The translations under genes and the position numbers were made by a program. Below the pieces are notes generated by a model, which did not search any database, was not told where the DNA came from, and saw only the letters and a list, made by a program, of their open reading frames with translations. From the NCBI GenBank assembly GCA_038143065.1, contig JAYQLI010000035.1:2656894-2720893 (forward strand): a stretch of 64,000 nucleotides of DNA, read 5' to 3'. How positions within the stretch are numbered: position 1 is the first letter of the stretch; every line of letters begins with the position of its first letter. The stretch is from Rhodospirillales bacterium. Its GTDB lineage: Bacteria; Pseudomonadota; Alphaproteobacteria; Bin95. This document shows positions 40,293 through 51,361 of this stretch, piece by piece.

Positions 40293-40889
40293 ATGCCTGC
40301 ACCAGCCGTTGAACGATTAATCCAACAACTATCTCGTCTACCTGGCTTGGGACCTCGCTCTGCTCGCAGAGCAGCCTTGCACCTTATACAACGTAAAGAG
40401 GCAGCCCTTTCGCCTCTTCTTCGGGCATTAAGCGAAGTTGAATCCAGCGTTCGAACTTGCGGCCAGTGTGGAAATATAGACGCCCGCGATCCTTGTGAAA
40501 TATGCCGTGATCTCGAGCGTGATGGTTCAACCATATGTGTTGTTGAACGGGTTGGTGACCTTTGGGCATTTGAGCGAGCGGGTGCTTTTAGGGGACGGTA
40601 CCATGTCCTCGGTGGGGTTTTGTCAGCCATTGATGGTGTGAAGCCAGAAGACTTGGCTATCGATAGCCTGATACAGCGCGCTTCTTCTGCAGAAATTACA
40701 GAGGTAGTGATTGCTACTAACGCTACTCTAGATGGTCAAACTACGGCACATTACTTGTCAGATCGTTTGGTGCACGCTCGGGTCAATATAACCCGCCTTG
40801 CTCATGGAATGCCTGTTGGAGGCGAGTTAGATTATTTAGACGATGGAACTTTAGCCACCGCTTTGCGATTGAGGCGACCTCTCGAGTAG
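40293..40889 (+). CDS. recR: Recombination mediator RecR
   Basis: LPGLGPRSA HhH, C4 Zn finger, [14 protein letters not shown]. Confidence 0.97.
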   Translation: MPAPAVERLIQQLSRLPGLGPRSARRAALHLIQRKEAALSPLLRALSEVESSVRTCGQCGNIDARDPCEICRDLERDGSTICVVERVGDLWAFERAGAFRGRYHVLGGVLSAIDGVKPEDLAIDSLIQRASSAEITEVVIATNATLDGQTTAHYLSDRLVHARVNITRLAHGMPVGGELDYLDDGTLATALRLRRPLE

Positions 40890-40948
40890 GTCTTCACAGG
40901 ATACTGCAAGTATTCCGTTAATATTCGCTTAGGCTCAATAGATCTCGG

Positions 40949-41907
40949 TCAGACCACTTTGCGAACTGCATCTACGATGCGAGAGCGGTCTGGAAAATGT
41001 AGTCTTCTAGGCTTGGGCTATAAGGTATAGGAGCATCTAGGCCTGTTACTCGGACAACGGGAGCTTTAAGGGCTTCGAAGCTCTCTGCGTCTTCAACAAC
41101 CCGAGCGGCCACATCAGCTGAAACGCTGGCGGCAGCAGGTGCTTCATCCGCAATGATAAGGCGTCCGGTTTTCAGCACTGATTTTTTTATGGTTTCAATA
41201 TCCATGGGAACAAGAGTGCGAGGATCGATGACTTCTACATCTATCCCCTCCGCAGATAGCTCCTCGGCTGCAGCTAGAGCTTCATGCACCATCCAAGCAA
41301 GTGCTACAATTGTAACATCTTTACCTGCTCGCTTTATATCAGCTTGCCCAAAAGGGATACTGACATCTTCAGTTGGGACGGGGCTAGAGAAATTGCCAAT
41401 CCGACCGGCCTCAAAAAAGATAACCGGATTGTCATCTCTGATAGCAGTTTTGATTAGACCTTTGGCATCGGCTGGCGTCGAAGGAATAGCGAGCTTAAGG
41501 CCAGTCAATTGCATGAACATGCTATAAGGGCTTTGGGAATGTTGAGCTGCTCTGCGGGTGCCGCCGCCAACGGTTGTCCGAAACACGATTGGAAATCGTG
41601 TTTGGCCACCAAACATGTAGTGAATTTTTGCCGCTTGGTTGACTATCTGATCCATAGCAACGAAGCAAAATGTCACTAGTCGCCAATCAACAATTGGTCT
41701 GTATCCGGCACCTGCTGCACCAATTGCCATTCCCGTTAGCGCACTCTCGGCAATCGGGGTCTGGCGAACCCGTGGAAAGCCAAACTCACTATGTAGTCTA
41801 GCAGGCGCTTCTGTGGACATATGGAATATCTTCGGATCGATCCGCATCTCCTCAGCAATGCCCTCGATAATAGCGTCTACGTAAGACATTTCTCTAAATG
41901 TTGTCAT
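40949..41907 (-). CDS. TPP-dependent dehydrogenase E1 beta subunit, AcoB/PdhB-like (frameshift near 40992-40997)
   Basis: TPIAES, DQIVNQAAK, AAQHSQS, EVIDPRTLVP; true end PDRSRIVDAVRKVV* at 40949. Confidence 0.88.
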
Positions 41908-42890
41908 TTAGCTAATCCTGAAAAGACATCTTCAAGGGCAGACTCTTTTGATGGAAATGGACTGTTCTCGGCAAAAGAAACTGCTGTGGCTAGATCTTCT
42001 TCAACAATCGTTTTGAGTTCTTCAAGTCTTTCGTTGGGTAACAGACCTGGTTGGCTTTGCAGCAACGAAATCATTCGTCCAATTGGGTCTTTATCTTTCT
42101 GAAGCCAGGATTCAATTTGCTCGGGAGGTCGAGCATCTGGTTGATCCAGGCGTTCAGTGTGGCGGCGATGCCGGTATGTCTTCGCTTCGATAAGAGTGGG
42201 GCCTTGTCCCGCTCTTGCTCGGGCTACCGCGTCTACCGCTGCATTGTGGACCGCATAAACGTCGTTTCCATCAACGATAACCCCTGGAATGCCATACCCC
42301 TGAGCTCGATCTGCAACGTTTGGGGTCGCCACACTTTCTTCAGCTGGAACATTAACAGCCCATTGGTTGTTTTCGCAGACGTATACCACCGGAAGTTTCC
42401 AGGACGCCGCAATGTTTATTGATTCGTGAAAAGGGCCAGCATTTGAGGCGCCATCACCAAAAAATCCAACGGCGACTGCACCATTATTGTCCATCTGCGA
42501 AGCTAGACCGGCACCAGTTATAATAGAAATACCGCCAGCGACGATACCATTTGCCCCAAGCATCCCAATCGAAAAGTCAGCTATATGCATTGAGCCTCCT
42601 TTTCCTTTGCAATAGCCATCGGCACGACCGTAGAGTTCGGCCATCATTCGATTTAAATCAGCGCCTTTTGCTATGCAGTGTCCGTGCCCTCGATGGGTAG
42701 AGATTATTTGATCCCCGTCTCGGAGGGCCTCACAAACACCAACCGCAACTGCTTCCTCTCCGGAATAGGCGTGCACTACTCCGTATATGTCACCGGCGCG
42801 AAATTTTTCCGATGCGATTTCTTCAAATCGACGAATTGTAATCATTCGCCTGAGCATCGCGTATTGTCGCTCAGGGCTGAGATTAGTCAT
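41904..42890 (-). CDS. TPP-dependent dehydrogenase E1 alpha subunit, AcoA/PdhA-like
   Basis: THRGHGH, GKGGSMH, GDGA..CENN TPP-binding motif. Confidence 0.9.
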   Translation of the reverse strand: MTNLSPERQYAMLRRMITIRRFEEIASEKFRAGDIYGVVHAYSGEEAVAVGVCEALRDGDQIISTHRGHGHCIAKGADLNRMMAELYGRADGYCKGKGGSMHIADFSIGMLGANGIVAGGISIITGAGLASQMDNNGAVAVGFFGDGASNAGPFHESINIAASWKLPVVYVCENNQWAVNVPAEESVATPNVADRAQGYGIPGVIVDGNDVYAVHNAAVDAVARARAGQGPTLIEAKTYRHRRHTERLDQPDARPPEQIESWLQKDKDPIGRMISLLQSQPGLLPNERLEELKTIVEEDLATAVSFAENSPFPSKESALEDVFSGLAK

Positions 42891-43003
42891 AGGAAGCTCT
42901 CCCCACCTGTGATGCAAAAATCATGCACCAGTTAGTTGCACTGGGTCGAGCAACTTTTTTTATCGTGGGAATATTTGGCCGCCAAGTTGGCTTGTTATAC
43001 TAC

Positions 43004-44866
43004 TTACCGTTGTCGACGACGCCTGGAAGCTTGCAGTGCCCCGCCACCGGCTTCATCAATAAAAAGTTCGGCTAACTGTTCCATCATAGCGCCAGCAAGT
43101 TGGTCAGCGTAAAAAATTGTTACGGGACGCCGATAATAGCGAGTAACGTCGTGACCAATACCAATAGCAACAAGCTGTACCGGTGACTTTTCCTCAATCA
43201 GTTTGATCACGTCTCGAAGATGTCTCTCAAGGTAGTTGCCTGGATTTACCGATAACGTCGAGTCGTCAACAGGAGCGCCATCCGAGATTACCATTAGAAT
43301 GCGTCGGTCCTCAGATCGGGCTAAAAGACGGTCATGAGCCCAGAGTAAAGCCTCACCATCAATGTTTTCTTTTAAAATTCCTTCGCGCAGCATAAGACCA
43401 AGGTTTTTTCGGGTTCTACGCAAAGGGGCGTCTGCCTCTTTATAAATAATATGGCGGAGGTCATTAAGGCGGCCAGGTGAGGGTTGTTTGCCATCCACAG
43501 CCCATTTCTCTCGGGATTCGCCACCTTTCCATGCACGCGTGGTAAACCCTAAGACCTCTGTCTTAACTTGGCAGCGCTCAAGAGTGCGAGCGAGAATATC
43601 GGCGCACATTGCTGCAACGGTTATCGGTCTTCCTCGCATAGACCCTGAGTTGTCAATCAGGAGAGTTACCACTGTGTCTCTGAATTCTGTCGACTTTTCC
43701 TGTTTGTAGGAAAGCGAGTGCGTTGGATTGGCTACTATTCGAGCAAGGCGAGCAGAATCGAGTAACCCTTCTTCCAGATCAAAATCCCAGGACCGGGTTT
43801 GTTGCGCCATAAGCCGACGTTGAAGTCTATTTGCAAGCCTTGTTACGACACCCTGTAAATTTGCTAGTTGTTGGTCTAAGTGACGGCGAAGGCGCGATAG
43901 TTCCTCAGCGTCACATAGTTCTTCTGCGGGTACTACTTCATCAAACTCTCGCGTGTATGGAGCATATATCCGAGCAGCGTCGAGACTGGGATCATAATTT
44001 GGGCGCTGTTGCGGTGTTGCATCACCGGCCTCCTCATCTCCCATGCCAGCCATCATTTCTGCATCGCCCTCTTCGCCTGACATGTCGTCAGTGGCGTCAG
44101 ACGCACTCTCTTCATATTCCCCTTGCGCTGCCATTGCTGCGGCACTATCAGCATCAGCTGCTTCAGTATCAGAATTTTCGTCAGACTCTTCACTTTCGTC
44201 TGAGCTTTCTCCGTCCTCACTGTCAGAGCTCTCGGCCTCTTCTAACATCTCTATGTCTTGCAGAAGTTGGCGCATAACATCGGCGAATGCTGACTGGTCC
44301 GAGATGTTTTCTTTCAGGCGCTCGAAGGCATCACCTGCTTTTTCCATGAACTCATCGCGCCACATATCAACCATTGCCGTGGCCTCAGCAGGAGGAGCTT
44401 TTCCAGTAACAGCTTCACGTGTCAAAAGGGCTAATACTTCCGCTAGAGGCGCGTCGTCACGCTCAACCACCCTTGAATAACCCTGGCGCCGACACCGCTC
44501 TACTAAGGCTTCGTCCAAGTTGGCAGATACCCCCTCCATTTGGAGAGCGCCAATGGATTCCACCCTTGCCTGTTCGATGGCATCGTAAGCGGCTCGGGCG
44601 GTACCACCGGGTGGACGATTTTGCGAGTGCGCCGCTTCATCATGGTGTCGTAGCTTTAGAGCTAGGGCGTCCGCTTCTCCGCGTAAGATTGAAACTTCGC
44701 CCTCCGCCATATCACGTGATGGCGTTGGTAGCCTAGCAGACACTCCATCTGTGGAGGCATTGTCTGGACCAATAGTTACGTCGTGTTCACGCCTGCCGGC
44801 CACGGCTCGCATCGTGGCGGCAGTATTGCGCTTAAATACCTCTGAGGGGGACTCAGCTTCGGCCAT
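43004..44866 (-). CDS. cobT: Cobaltochelatase subunit CobT (VWA domain)
   Basis: RGEADALAL, acidic linker, [32 protein letters not shown]. Confidence 0.95.
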   Translation of the reverse strand: MAEAESPSEVFKRNTAATMRAVAGRREHDVTIGPDNASTDGVSARLPTPSRDMAEGEVSILRGEADALALKLRHHDEAAHSQNRPPGGTARAAYDAIEQARVESIGALQMEGVSANLDEALVERCRRQGYSRVVERDDAPLAEVLALLTREAVTGKAPPAEATAMVDMWRDEFMEKAGDAFERLKENISDQSAFADVMRQLLQDIEMLEEAESSDSEDGESSDESEESDENSDTEAADADSAAAMAAQGEYEESASDATDDMSGEEGDAEMMAGMGDEEAGDATPQQRPNYDPSLDAARIYAPYTREFDEVVPAEELCDAEELSRLRRHLDQQLANLQGVVTRLANRLQRRLMAQQTRSWDFDLEEGLLDSARLARIVANPTHSLSYKQEKSTEFRDTVVTLLIDNSGSMRGRPITVAAMCADILARTLERCQVKTEVLGFTTRAWKGGESREKWAVDGKQPSPGRLNDLRHIIYKEADAPLRRTRKNLGLMLREGILKENIDGEALLWAHDRLLARSEDRRILMVISDGAPVDDSTLSVNPGNYLERHLRDVIKLIEEKSPVQLVAIGIGHDVTRYYRRPVTIFYADQLAGAMMEQLAELFIDEAGGGALQASRRRRQR

Positions 44867-44884
44867 GTGACGCTGGCCTCAGTA

Positions 44885-45895
44885 TCAAGCGCTTTGCTTA
44901 AGGTCAGGTGCCGCCACTTCTGGCAAATCCTGACCGAAGACACGCTGGTAGTATTCAGCTACCACAGACCGCTCGGCTTCATCGCACTTGTTTAAGAAGG
45001 TCATTCGGAAGCCCAGCGCGAGATCATTGAATATTCGAGAGTTTTCTGCCCAGGTTATCACTGTGCGAGGAGACATTACGGTCGAAAGATCCCCCGCCAT
45101 AAAACCATTGCGGGTAAGCTCGGCAAGTCGGACCATCTTACTTCCAAGATCAGGCCCTTCGCCATCTCTGAGGTGTGGCGATTTTGCGAGGATAATCTTA
45201 ACTTCCTCTTCATGAGGCAAATAGTTAAGAGCGACAACAAGATTCCAGCGGTCCATTTGACCTTGGTTGATCTGTTGCACCCCATGATAGAGACCTGTTG
45301 TATCTCCAAGACCCACTGTATTTGCAGTAGCAAACATGCGGAAGTGAGGATGTGGCCGGATCACTCTGTTTTGATCCAACAGGGTTAATTTGCCCTCGAC
45401 TTCCAGAACCCGCTGGATGACAAACATTACGTCTGGGCGGCCTGCGTCATATTCATCAAATACGAGGGCTACGGCATGCTGAAGTGCCCAGGGCAGCATG
45501 CCCTCTCGAAATTCTGTAACCTGAACGCCATCCTTCAAAACGATTGCATCTCGACCGACTAAGTCGATACGACTGATGTGACTATCTAAATTCACCCGGA
45601 TACAAGGCCAATTAAGGCGAGCTGCTACCTGCTCGATATGAGTAGACTTACCCGTGCCGTGAAAGCCCTGGATCATGACTCGTCGGTTGTAAGCAAATCC
45701 AGCGATAATCGCGATCGTAGTCTCAAAATCAAAGTGATAGTCAGGATCTAAGTCTGGGACATAGTCACTTGTTTCGCTATAAGCTGGGACTACCAGATCG
45801 GTGTCTAGGCCAAATACATCTCGAACTGATACCTCGGTGTCAGGTGCAGCGGTTACGCCTGCGGCTTGGATGATTGTGCTTGGTGAGTCGGTCAT
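44885..45895 (-). CDS. cobS: Cobaltochelatase subunit CobS (MoxR-type AAA+ ATPase)
   Basis: [38 protein letters not shown]. Confidence 0.96.
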   Translation of the reverse strand: MTDSPSTIIQAAGVTAAPDTEVSVRDVFGLDTDLVVPAYSETSDYVPDLDPDYHFDFETTIAIIAGFAYNRRVMIQGFHGTGKSTHIEQVAARLNWPCIRVNLDSHISRIDLVGRDAIVLKDGVQVTEFREGMLPWALQHAVALVFDEYDAGRPDVMFVIQRVLEVEGKLTLLDQNRVIRPHPHFRMFATANTVGLGDTTGLYHGVQQINQGQMDRWNLVVALNYLPHEEEVKIILAKSPHLRDGEGPDLGSKMVRLAELTRNGFMAGDLSTVMSPRTVITWAENSRIFNDLALGFRMTFLNKCDEAERSVVAEYYQRVFGQDLPEVAAPDLKQSA

Positions 45896-45921
45896 TAATG
45901 TTTTCCGGTGCTAGAGTCAGT

Positions 45922-46500
45922 CTATGCGTTAATCGCTATCTTCAAAGTTTTATACGCGGCATTGATCGATTTTAAGCGCTCCTCAGCTTCGCGTGCACCA
46001 CCATTTGCATCTGGATGCCACCGTTTGACGAGCGCTTTATAGCGACCCTTTAGCGTTTGTACGTCGAAATCATCTTCTAAGCCAAGCTCCAATTGTGCAA
46101 GCGCCTCAGAACTGCCTGGTCGAAAACGGCGACGAATAGGGTTTTTAATCTCTCTTTCATAAAAGGTATCTAATGGATCATCAAATTCAAACGTGGCATC
46201 TGCGCGCGATTTTTGCTTTCCCCCTAGTGCCCAAGTTTGGCGTCGCCAAACCACATCCAGTCGACGATCTGCATCAATCTGTGCTGATGACATCCCTTTA
46301 TAATAATCCCACCCAGCGTTGTATGCGCGTACATGTTCTAGGCAAAAATATAGATATGGTCTGGGACGATTACGGGTTCTCGGAGCAGGGAATTCCCCTT
46401 TATCTTCACAGCCTGGCGCGTCGCACAGCTGTTGAACCTCTTGTTGGCCTGAACCCCATTTTTTTGAGGCCGCAAATGATTGAAATTGCTGTTTTCCCAT
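45922..46500 (-). CDS. J-domain (DnaJ-like) protein
   Basis: C-terminal KRWHPD J-domain; N-terminal CDAPGC..FCLEHVRAYN motif of the cobS-linked family. Confidence 0.9.
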   Translation of the reverse strand: MGKQQFQSFAASKKWGSGQQEVQQLCDAPGCEDKGEFPAPRTRNRPRPYLYFCLEHVRAYNAGWDYYKGMSSAQIDADRRLDVVWRRQTWALGGKQKSRADATFEFDDPLDTFYEREIKNPIRRRFRPGSSEALAQLELGLEDDFDVQTLKGRYKALVKRWHPDANGGAREAEERLKSINAAYKTLKIAINA

Positions 46501-46615
46501 GAGAGATAATTATGGTTCGCACCACCAGTGATGACAAGCACTTAGGTGGTTTGCAGCTTCGAATATTTGGTCTAGGTTCTCCGCCATTAGCTGCCTCTGA
46601 AGGACGTATTGCAGA

Positions 46616-47583
46616 ATGAAAAAGCGGATCATGGTTCAGATGCCATTAACGGATGGTATCTGCTCAGTTCTTGATGCTCGAAAAGATGTTGAAGCTGTTC
46701 AATTCACGCAATTATCAGAGGACAATATTCTCCAGCATGTTGGGGAGTATGACGCTGCCATTCTATCAATCACTCCGTTTACAGCGCGAATTATTGATAA
46801 AGCGGATAAGATGCAGATTGTTGCCCGCCATGGTGTTGGCTATGACGCTGTAGATGTTCCAGCACTGACAAAAAAAGGAATCCCGTTAGCAGTTGTGGGT
46901 ACGGCAAACTCCGTAACGGTGGCAGAACATGCTCTCTTCTTCATACTCGCGCTCGCGAAGCGCGCGATTTTGTTTGATCGTGAGGTTCGAAAGGGCAATT
47001 GGGATATCCGCTATGACCATATTGGCTACGATATAGCGGATAAAAAAGTATTGGTTCTTGGTCTTGGTCGGATTGGTAGGCGACTTGTCCCTATGCTCAA
47101 TGCGATGGGGATGAAGGTCTTTGTATACGATCCATATGTTCTGCAAGATACGATCGTAACGTCAGGCGCGATCCCAGTAGAAGACTGGCGTGCTGCATTG
47201 CCAGATATGGATTTCGTTTCCGTAAATTGTCAAAAAATGAAGAGACAAACGGTATGATAGGAACTGCAGAATTAGCATCAATGAAAAAGACCGCCTTTGT
47301 GGTTAACACAGCGCGGGGAAATATTGTTGATGAAAGTGCTCTGTATCATGCCCTAAAAAATGGAAGCATCGCGGGTGCTGGTATTGATCCCTTCGTGGTT
47401 GAGCCAGCTGGGCCAAATGAGCCTTTATTTGAGCTTGATAATATTATCGTTTCGCCGCACTCCGCTGGGGTCACAAAAGAGAGTCTTTTCCGAATGGGTG
47501 CAGCTGCTGCTCAAAATATTCTTGACCAATTTGATGGTCGACTAAATCCAGAAAACGTAATTAACAAGGAAGTCTTGAAATGA
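46616..47583 (+). CDS. D-2-hydroxyacid dehydrogenase, SerA-like (frameshift near 47231)
   Basis: RHGVGYD, VAEH, GLGRIG, NTARG, SPHSAG across two frames. Confidence 0.88.
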
Positions 47584-48380
47584 GAGCTAACGAAATAAAA
47601 CGACGTTGGCAGGCTGGCGAAGCGTTTGTGAACGGTTGGTGTGCAATTCCAAATAGTTTTTCAGCTGAATTAATGGCGCACGCAGGCTGGGATTCGTTGA
47701 CGATAGATTTACAGCATGGCCTGGTTGATTATCAGGCCGCAGTGACGATGCTTCAGGCTATTTCAACGACAGCTGTGCCCCCAACAGCCCGAGTGCCCTG
47801 GGTGGAGCCAGGCATCATAATGAAGATGCTTGACGCAGGGGCAATGGGCATTATTTGCCCAATGATTAATAACCCTGAAGATGCAGCAAAGTTTGTAGGT
47901 GCTTGTAAATATGCCCCGTTAGGATATCGGTCGAGTGGTCCTACAAGGGCAGTCGTTTATGCTGGATCCGACTACCTCTCAAATGCCAATGAAGAAATTT
48001 TGGCTATTGCTATGATTGAGACAACGCAAGCATTGGATAATCTAGACGCAATCCTAGATACCCCTGGCCTTGATGGCGTTTACATTGGTCCCACTGATTT
48101 GGCCATGACTATGGGTGCTCCTCCAGTCTTGGATCCAACTGATAAGGGCGTTGTGGCAGCAATTGAACGTATCATAGATGCAGCTAACGCGCGTGGTCTT
48201 GGTGCTGGCATACATTGTGCGACGCCCGAGTATGCTTCCAAGATGATTCAACGCGGTGCGAAGCTGGTTACAATCGCATCCGATGGGCGTATTTTGGCGG
48301 CAGCGGCAGCGGCGGCAGTCAAAGCCTGTAAGGGTGATAGCAGCGAAGCAAAGCCAGCTGGTCCCGGAAGCGCTTATTAA
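47580..48380 (+). CDS. HpcH/HpaI-family class II pyruvate aldolase
   Basis: IDLQHG, LDAGA, MIET, YIGPTDL; overlaps the upstream stop (ATGA). Confidence 0.9.
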   Translation: MRANEIKRRWQAGEAFVNGWCAIPNSFSAELMAHAGWDSLTIDLQHGLVDYQAAVTMLQAISTTAVPPTARVPWVEPGIIMKMLDAGAMGIICPMINNPEDAAKFVGACKYAPLGYRSSGPTRAVVYAGSDYLSNANEEILAIAMIETTQALDNLDAILDTPGLDGVYIGPTDLAMTMGAPPVLDPTDKGVVAAIERIIDAANARGLGAGIHCATPEYASKMIQRGAKLVTIASDGRILAAAAAAAVKACKGDSSEAKPAGPGSAY

Positions 48381-48481
48381 AACTTTCTGATGGCTCGGTT
48401 TCACTAGTGGTTCAGAAGCAAGTGTCCTCATCTGGTGTTGTTAAGACGGGTTGAGAGCTTAAAGGGGCAGCAGTTTAGTAA

Positions 48482-49839
48482 ATGTTGATTGTCGACCTGC
48501 TGCCGCTTTTCATGTTCCTAACGCTCATGGGCTTGGTGTTTACAAGCTATCCGATTGCTTTTGCACTTGGGGGTACTGCTGTTGCCTTCGGCCTCATAGG
48601 CTCTTGGCTAAACGTATTTTCGATCGTCGAATTCTATAATTTTGCGCCGCGAATTTGGTTGGTTGCAGAGAATTTACAGATCATTGCAGTTCCACTTTTT
48701 GTCTTTATGGGAGTAATGCTGGAGAGGTCGAATATTGCTCGAGATCTTCTCGAGGCATTGCAACTCCTGCTTCGTGATGTACCTGGCGGAATGGCACTTG
48801 GCGTTACCTTGATGGGAGTTATCTTCGCGGCAGTGACAGGCGTTGTAGGCGCCTCGGTTATAATGCTGACCCTAATTGCGCTTCCCTCGATGCTTAAAGC
48901 TGGTTATCGGCCGTCTTTAGCGGTTGGTGTAATAGCATCTTCTGCGACCCTTGGTATTCTTATTCCTCCCAGTATTTTGCTTGTATTTCTTGCTGAAATG
49001 CTGCCGATGTCGGTGGGTTTCTTATTCGCCGGTGCAATCCTGCCAGGATTACTGTTGGCATTGCTTTACGTCATCTACATTGTTCTCGTAACCACTATTT
49101 CCCCAGATGCTGGGCCGAGACAAAGCAAACAGGAGGTGAGTTGGCGGGAGCTCGGCAGTGCTCTTATCCGAGGCGTAGGGCCTCCAGCGATCCTTATTGG
49201 ACTTGTTATGGGATCAGTGCTCACAGGCTTTGTCACAATCACCGAATCAGCAGCGGTAGGTGCTGCTGGTGCCCTGATACTTGCGTTTGCACGTGGAGGA
49301 ATGCCTATCGCAGAATTGCGGCTAGCGCTTGAGCGTTCAACAATGATCGTGGGTATGATTTTTCTTCTCTACATTGGAGCAACGTGTTTTGCATATGTGT
49401 TTCGCGTGTTGGGAGGGGACGACCTGATTCATCTGATTATTGATGGGGCAGACTTAGGTTCGTGGGGATTGTTACTGTTTGCAATATTCCTGATCTTTGT
49501 GATGGGTTTTTTCTTCGATGTATTGGAGATTTTGCTGATAATCGTTCCACTTTTTGGTCCATTGATTGCTCCCTAGATTTTGGGGAGCACATCTCTCAGC
49601 CTGATGTCGTTTACTGGTTTGCTGTGTTGGTTGCGGTGACCTTACAAACATCCTTTTTGACTCCACCGATGGGTTTGTCTCTCTTTCACATCAAGGGAGT
49701 AGCCCCTCCATCTATTAAGATGGGCGAAATTTATCGCGGAGTTGCACCTTTTGTTTGCCTTCAGATGATCTGTGTTGGGTTGATGCTTGCATGGCCCAAT
49801 ATTGTCTTGTACCTGCCGCATATCCTATTTGATCCATGA
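48482..49839 (+). CDS. TRAP transporter large permease DctM (frameshift near 49571-49573)
   Basis: AVPLFVFMG, TLGILIPPS, QTSFLTPPMG; many hydrophobic segments. Confidence 0.9.
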
Positions 49840-49843
49840 ACCA

Positions 49844-50485
49844 ATGATGGGAAATACCAGAGAAATTGCTGGGCCTTGGTTATTAGTGCTGAAAATTGCT
49901 CATTGGCTTGATTTTCCCGGTCGCCTTGCCGGAAAAGCTGCGGCCTGGTTGTTCCTACCTATGATACTAATAATCGTATTCGATGCTGTAGGTCGTAAAT
50001 ATCTCCGAAAACTGGACTTCGTTATTGCTAATAATTTGCACGGATATCTGAACTCACCTGTTTTACAGGATGCGGAATGGCATCTTCACGCCGTGATTTT
50101 TTTGGCGGCCCTTGGTTTTGCTTACAGCCGAAATGTACATGTTAGATTGGATATTTTTCGCCATAAATTTTCTGATAGGGGCCGTTTGTGGCTGGAGCTT
50201 TTAGGAGGTTTGATTATTCTTTTTCCCTTCTTGGCTGTGCTTCTTAATTATGGGTGGGAATTCTTCGTGAGCTCTTGGAATGCTGACGAGGGTGCTGGCA
50301 TGTCCAATGGTTTAGATAACCGTTGGGCCATCAAGTTTTTTCTAGTGCTTGGTCCTACACTGCTGTTTTTTTCAACCTGTTCGCTTTTGTTAAGATTATT
50401 CGTGCGTCTTTTTGGGTCTCCTATTTTTGTGCAAGCTACTCAAACTGATCAAATATCTGATGCTTCGTTCTCGGCTTATGATTGA
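49844..50485 (+). CDS. TRAP transporter small permease DctQ
   Basis: Four hydrophobic segments, LQDAEWHL, HVRLDIF. Confidence 0.88.
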   Translation: MMGNTREIAGPWLLVLKIAHWLDFPGRLAGKAAAWLFLPMILIIVFDAVGRKYLRKLDFVIANNLHGYLNSPVLQDAEWHLHAVIFLAALGFAYSRNVHVRLDIFRHKFSDRGRLWLELLGGLIILFPFLAVLLNYGWEFFVSSWNADEGAGMSNGLDNRWAIKFFLVLGPTLLFFSTCSLLLRLFVRLFGSPIFVQATQTDQISDASFSAYD

Positions 50486-50577
50486 ATTCAAAAAATTTGG
50501 ATATTTTTGAGAAAACAGGTTTCTAAACACTAATTTATTCCCAAAGGTTACTCCGGTTTTTGAATACAATTGGCTTC

Positions 50578-51360
50578 TCAAGCCTTAATTTTTGCAGAGA
50601 TCATTAATTGCCTAAGCTCATCAAGGTTTTTTATCCTGAAAGCGGGACGAACATTTGAGAGTTCTTCCACTGGATTTCCAGTCTCGACTAATGCTGTAAG
50701 CAGACCTGCAGCTAACCCACCCGCAATATCCGTTGCTATTGTGTCACCAATCATCAATGTGCGTTCTGGTGAAAGTTTGTGTCTTGAGAGAGCCATCCTG
50801 AAAATATAGGGATCAGGCTTGCCTACGGTAATTCCAGGTTTTCCTCCAGAGGCCTCAAGGAAGGCGCGAATAGCTCCTGCTTCAGGAGCCAATCCATTTG
50901 GGGTGGGATGAGTTCTGTCTGGATTGCTAATAACTAATAATGCCCCGTGCCTAATAAAACGTGTTGCTATAGATAAATCAGCAACAGTTATATCTGGAGA
51001 AATTCCAGCAACAACATAATCAGGGCAATCATCAGCAAGTTGTGCGCCTGCGGCGAGTAGTTCTTGCTGCAATGCTTTTGGGCCGACGACATGCACTTTT
51101 GGTTTGGTAGTATGCTCGGCCAACCATTGGGCAGTTGCCATTCCAGCTGTTATGATTTGGTGTGGGTGAATCAGGTATCCCATCCGCTGAAGCTTCTGGG
51201 CGTATTCGTCAGAAGTCTTAGCTGCATTGTTTGTAATGGCGTTAATTTTTATGCCTTCAGAAATTGCCCAAGAAACAAACTCACGGGCATGTTCGATAGG
51301 TTCTTCATCTCTATATAGGACGCCATCAAGGTCAAAAATCAGTGCTTCAACATTCTCCAA
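50578..51360 (-). CDS. HAD-IIA (NagD-like) phosphatase domain; possibly fused to the upstream metallophosphoesterase
   Basis: FDLDGV, TNN, GKPDP, MIGDTIATDI motifs I-IV; start uncertain. Confidence 0.85.
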   Translation of the reverse strand: MENVEALIFDLDGVLYRDEEPIEHAREFVSWAISEGIKINAITNNAAKTSDEYAQKLQRMGYLIHPHQIITAGMATAQWLAEHTTKPKVHVVGPKALQQELLAAGAQLADDCPDYVVAGISPDITVADLSIATRFIRHGALLVISNPDRTHPTPNGLAPEAGAIRAFLEASGGKPGITVGKPDPYIFRMALSRHKLSPERTLMIGDTIATDIAGGLAAGLLTALVETGNPVEELSNVRPAFRIKNLDELRQLMISAKIKA

Positions 51361-51361
51361 G

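Noticed and set aside
44030-44250. Low-complexity acidic repeat-like stretch
   Set aside because: It is the normal Asp/Glu/Ser-rich linker of CobT
48296-48317. GCGGCA tandem repeat
   Set aside because: Short in-frame poly-Ala run at the aldolase C-terminus, not an array
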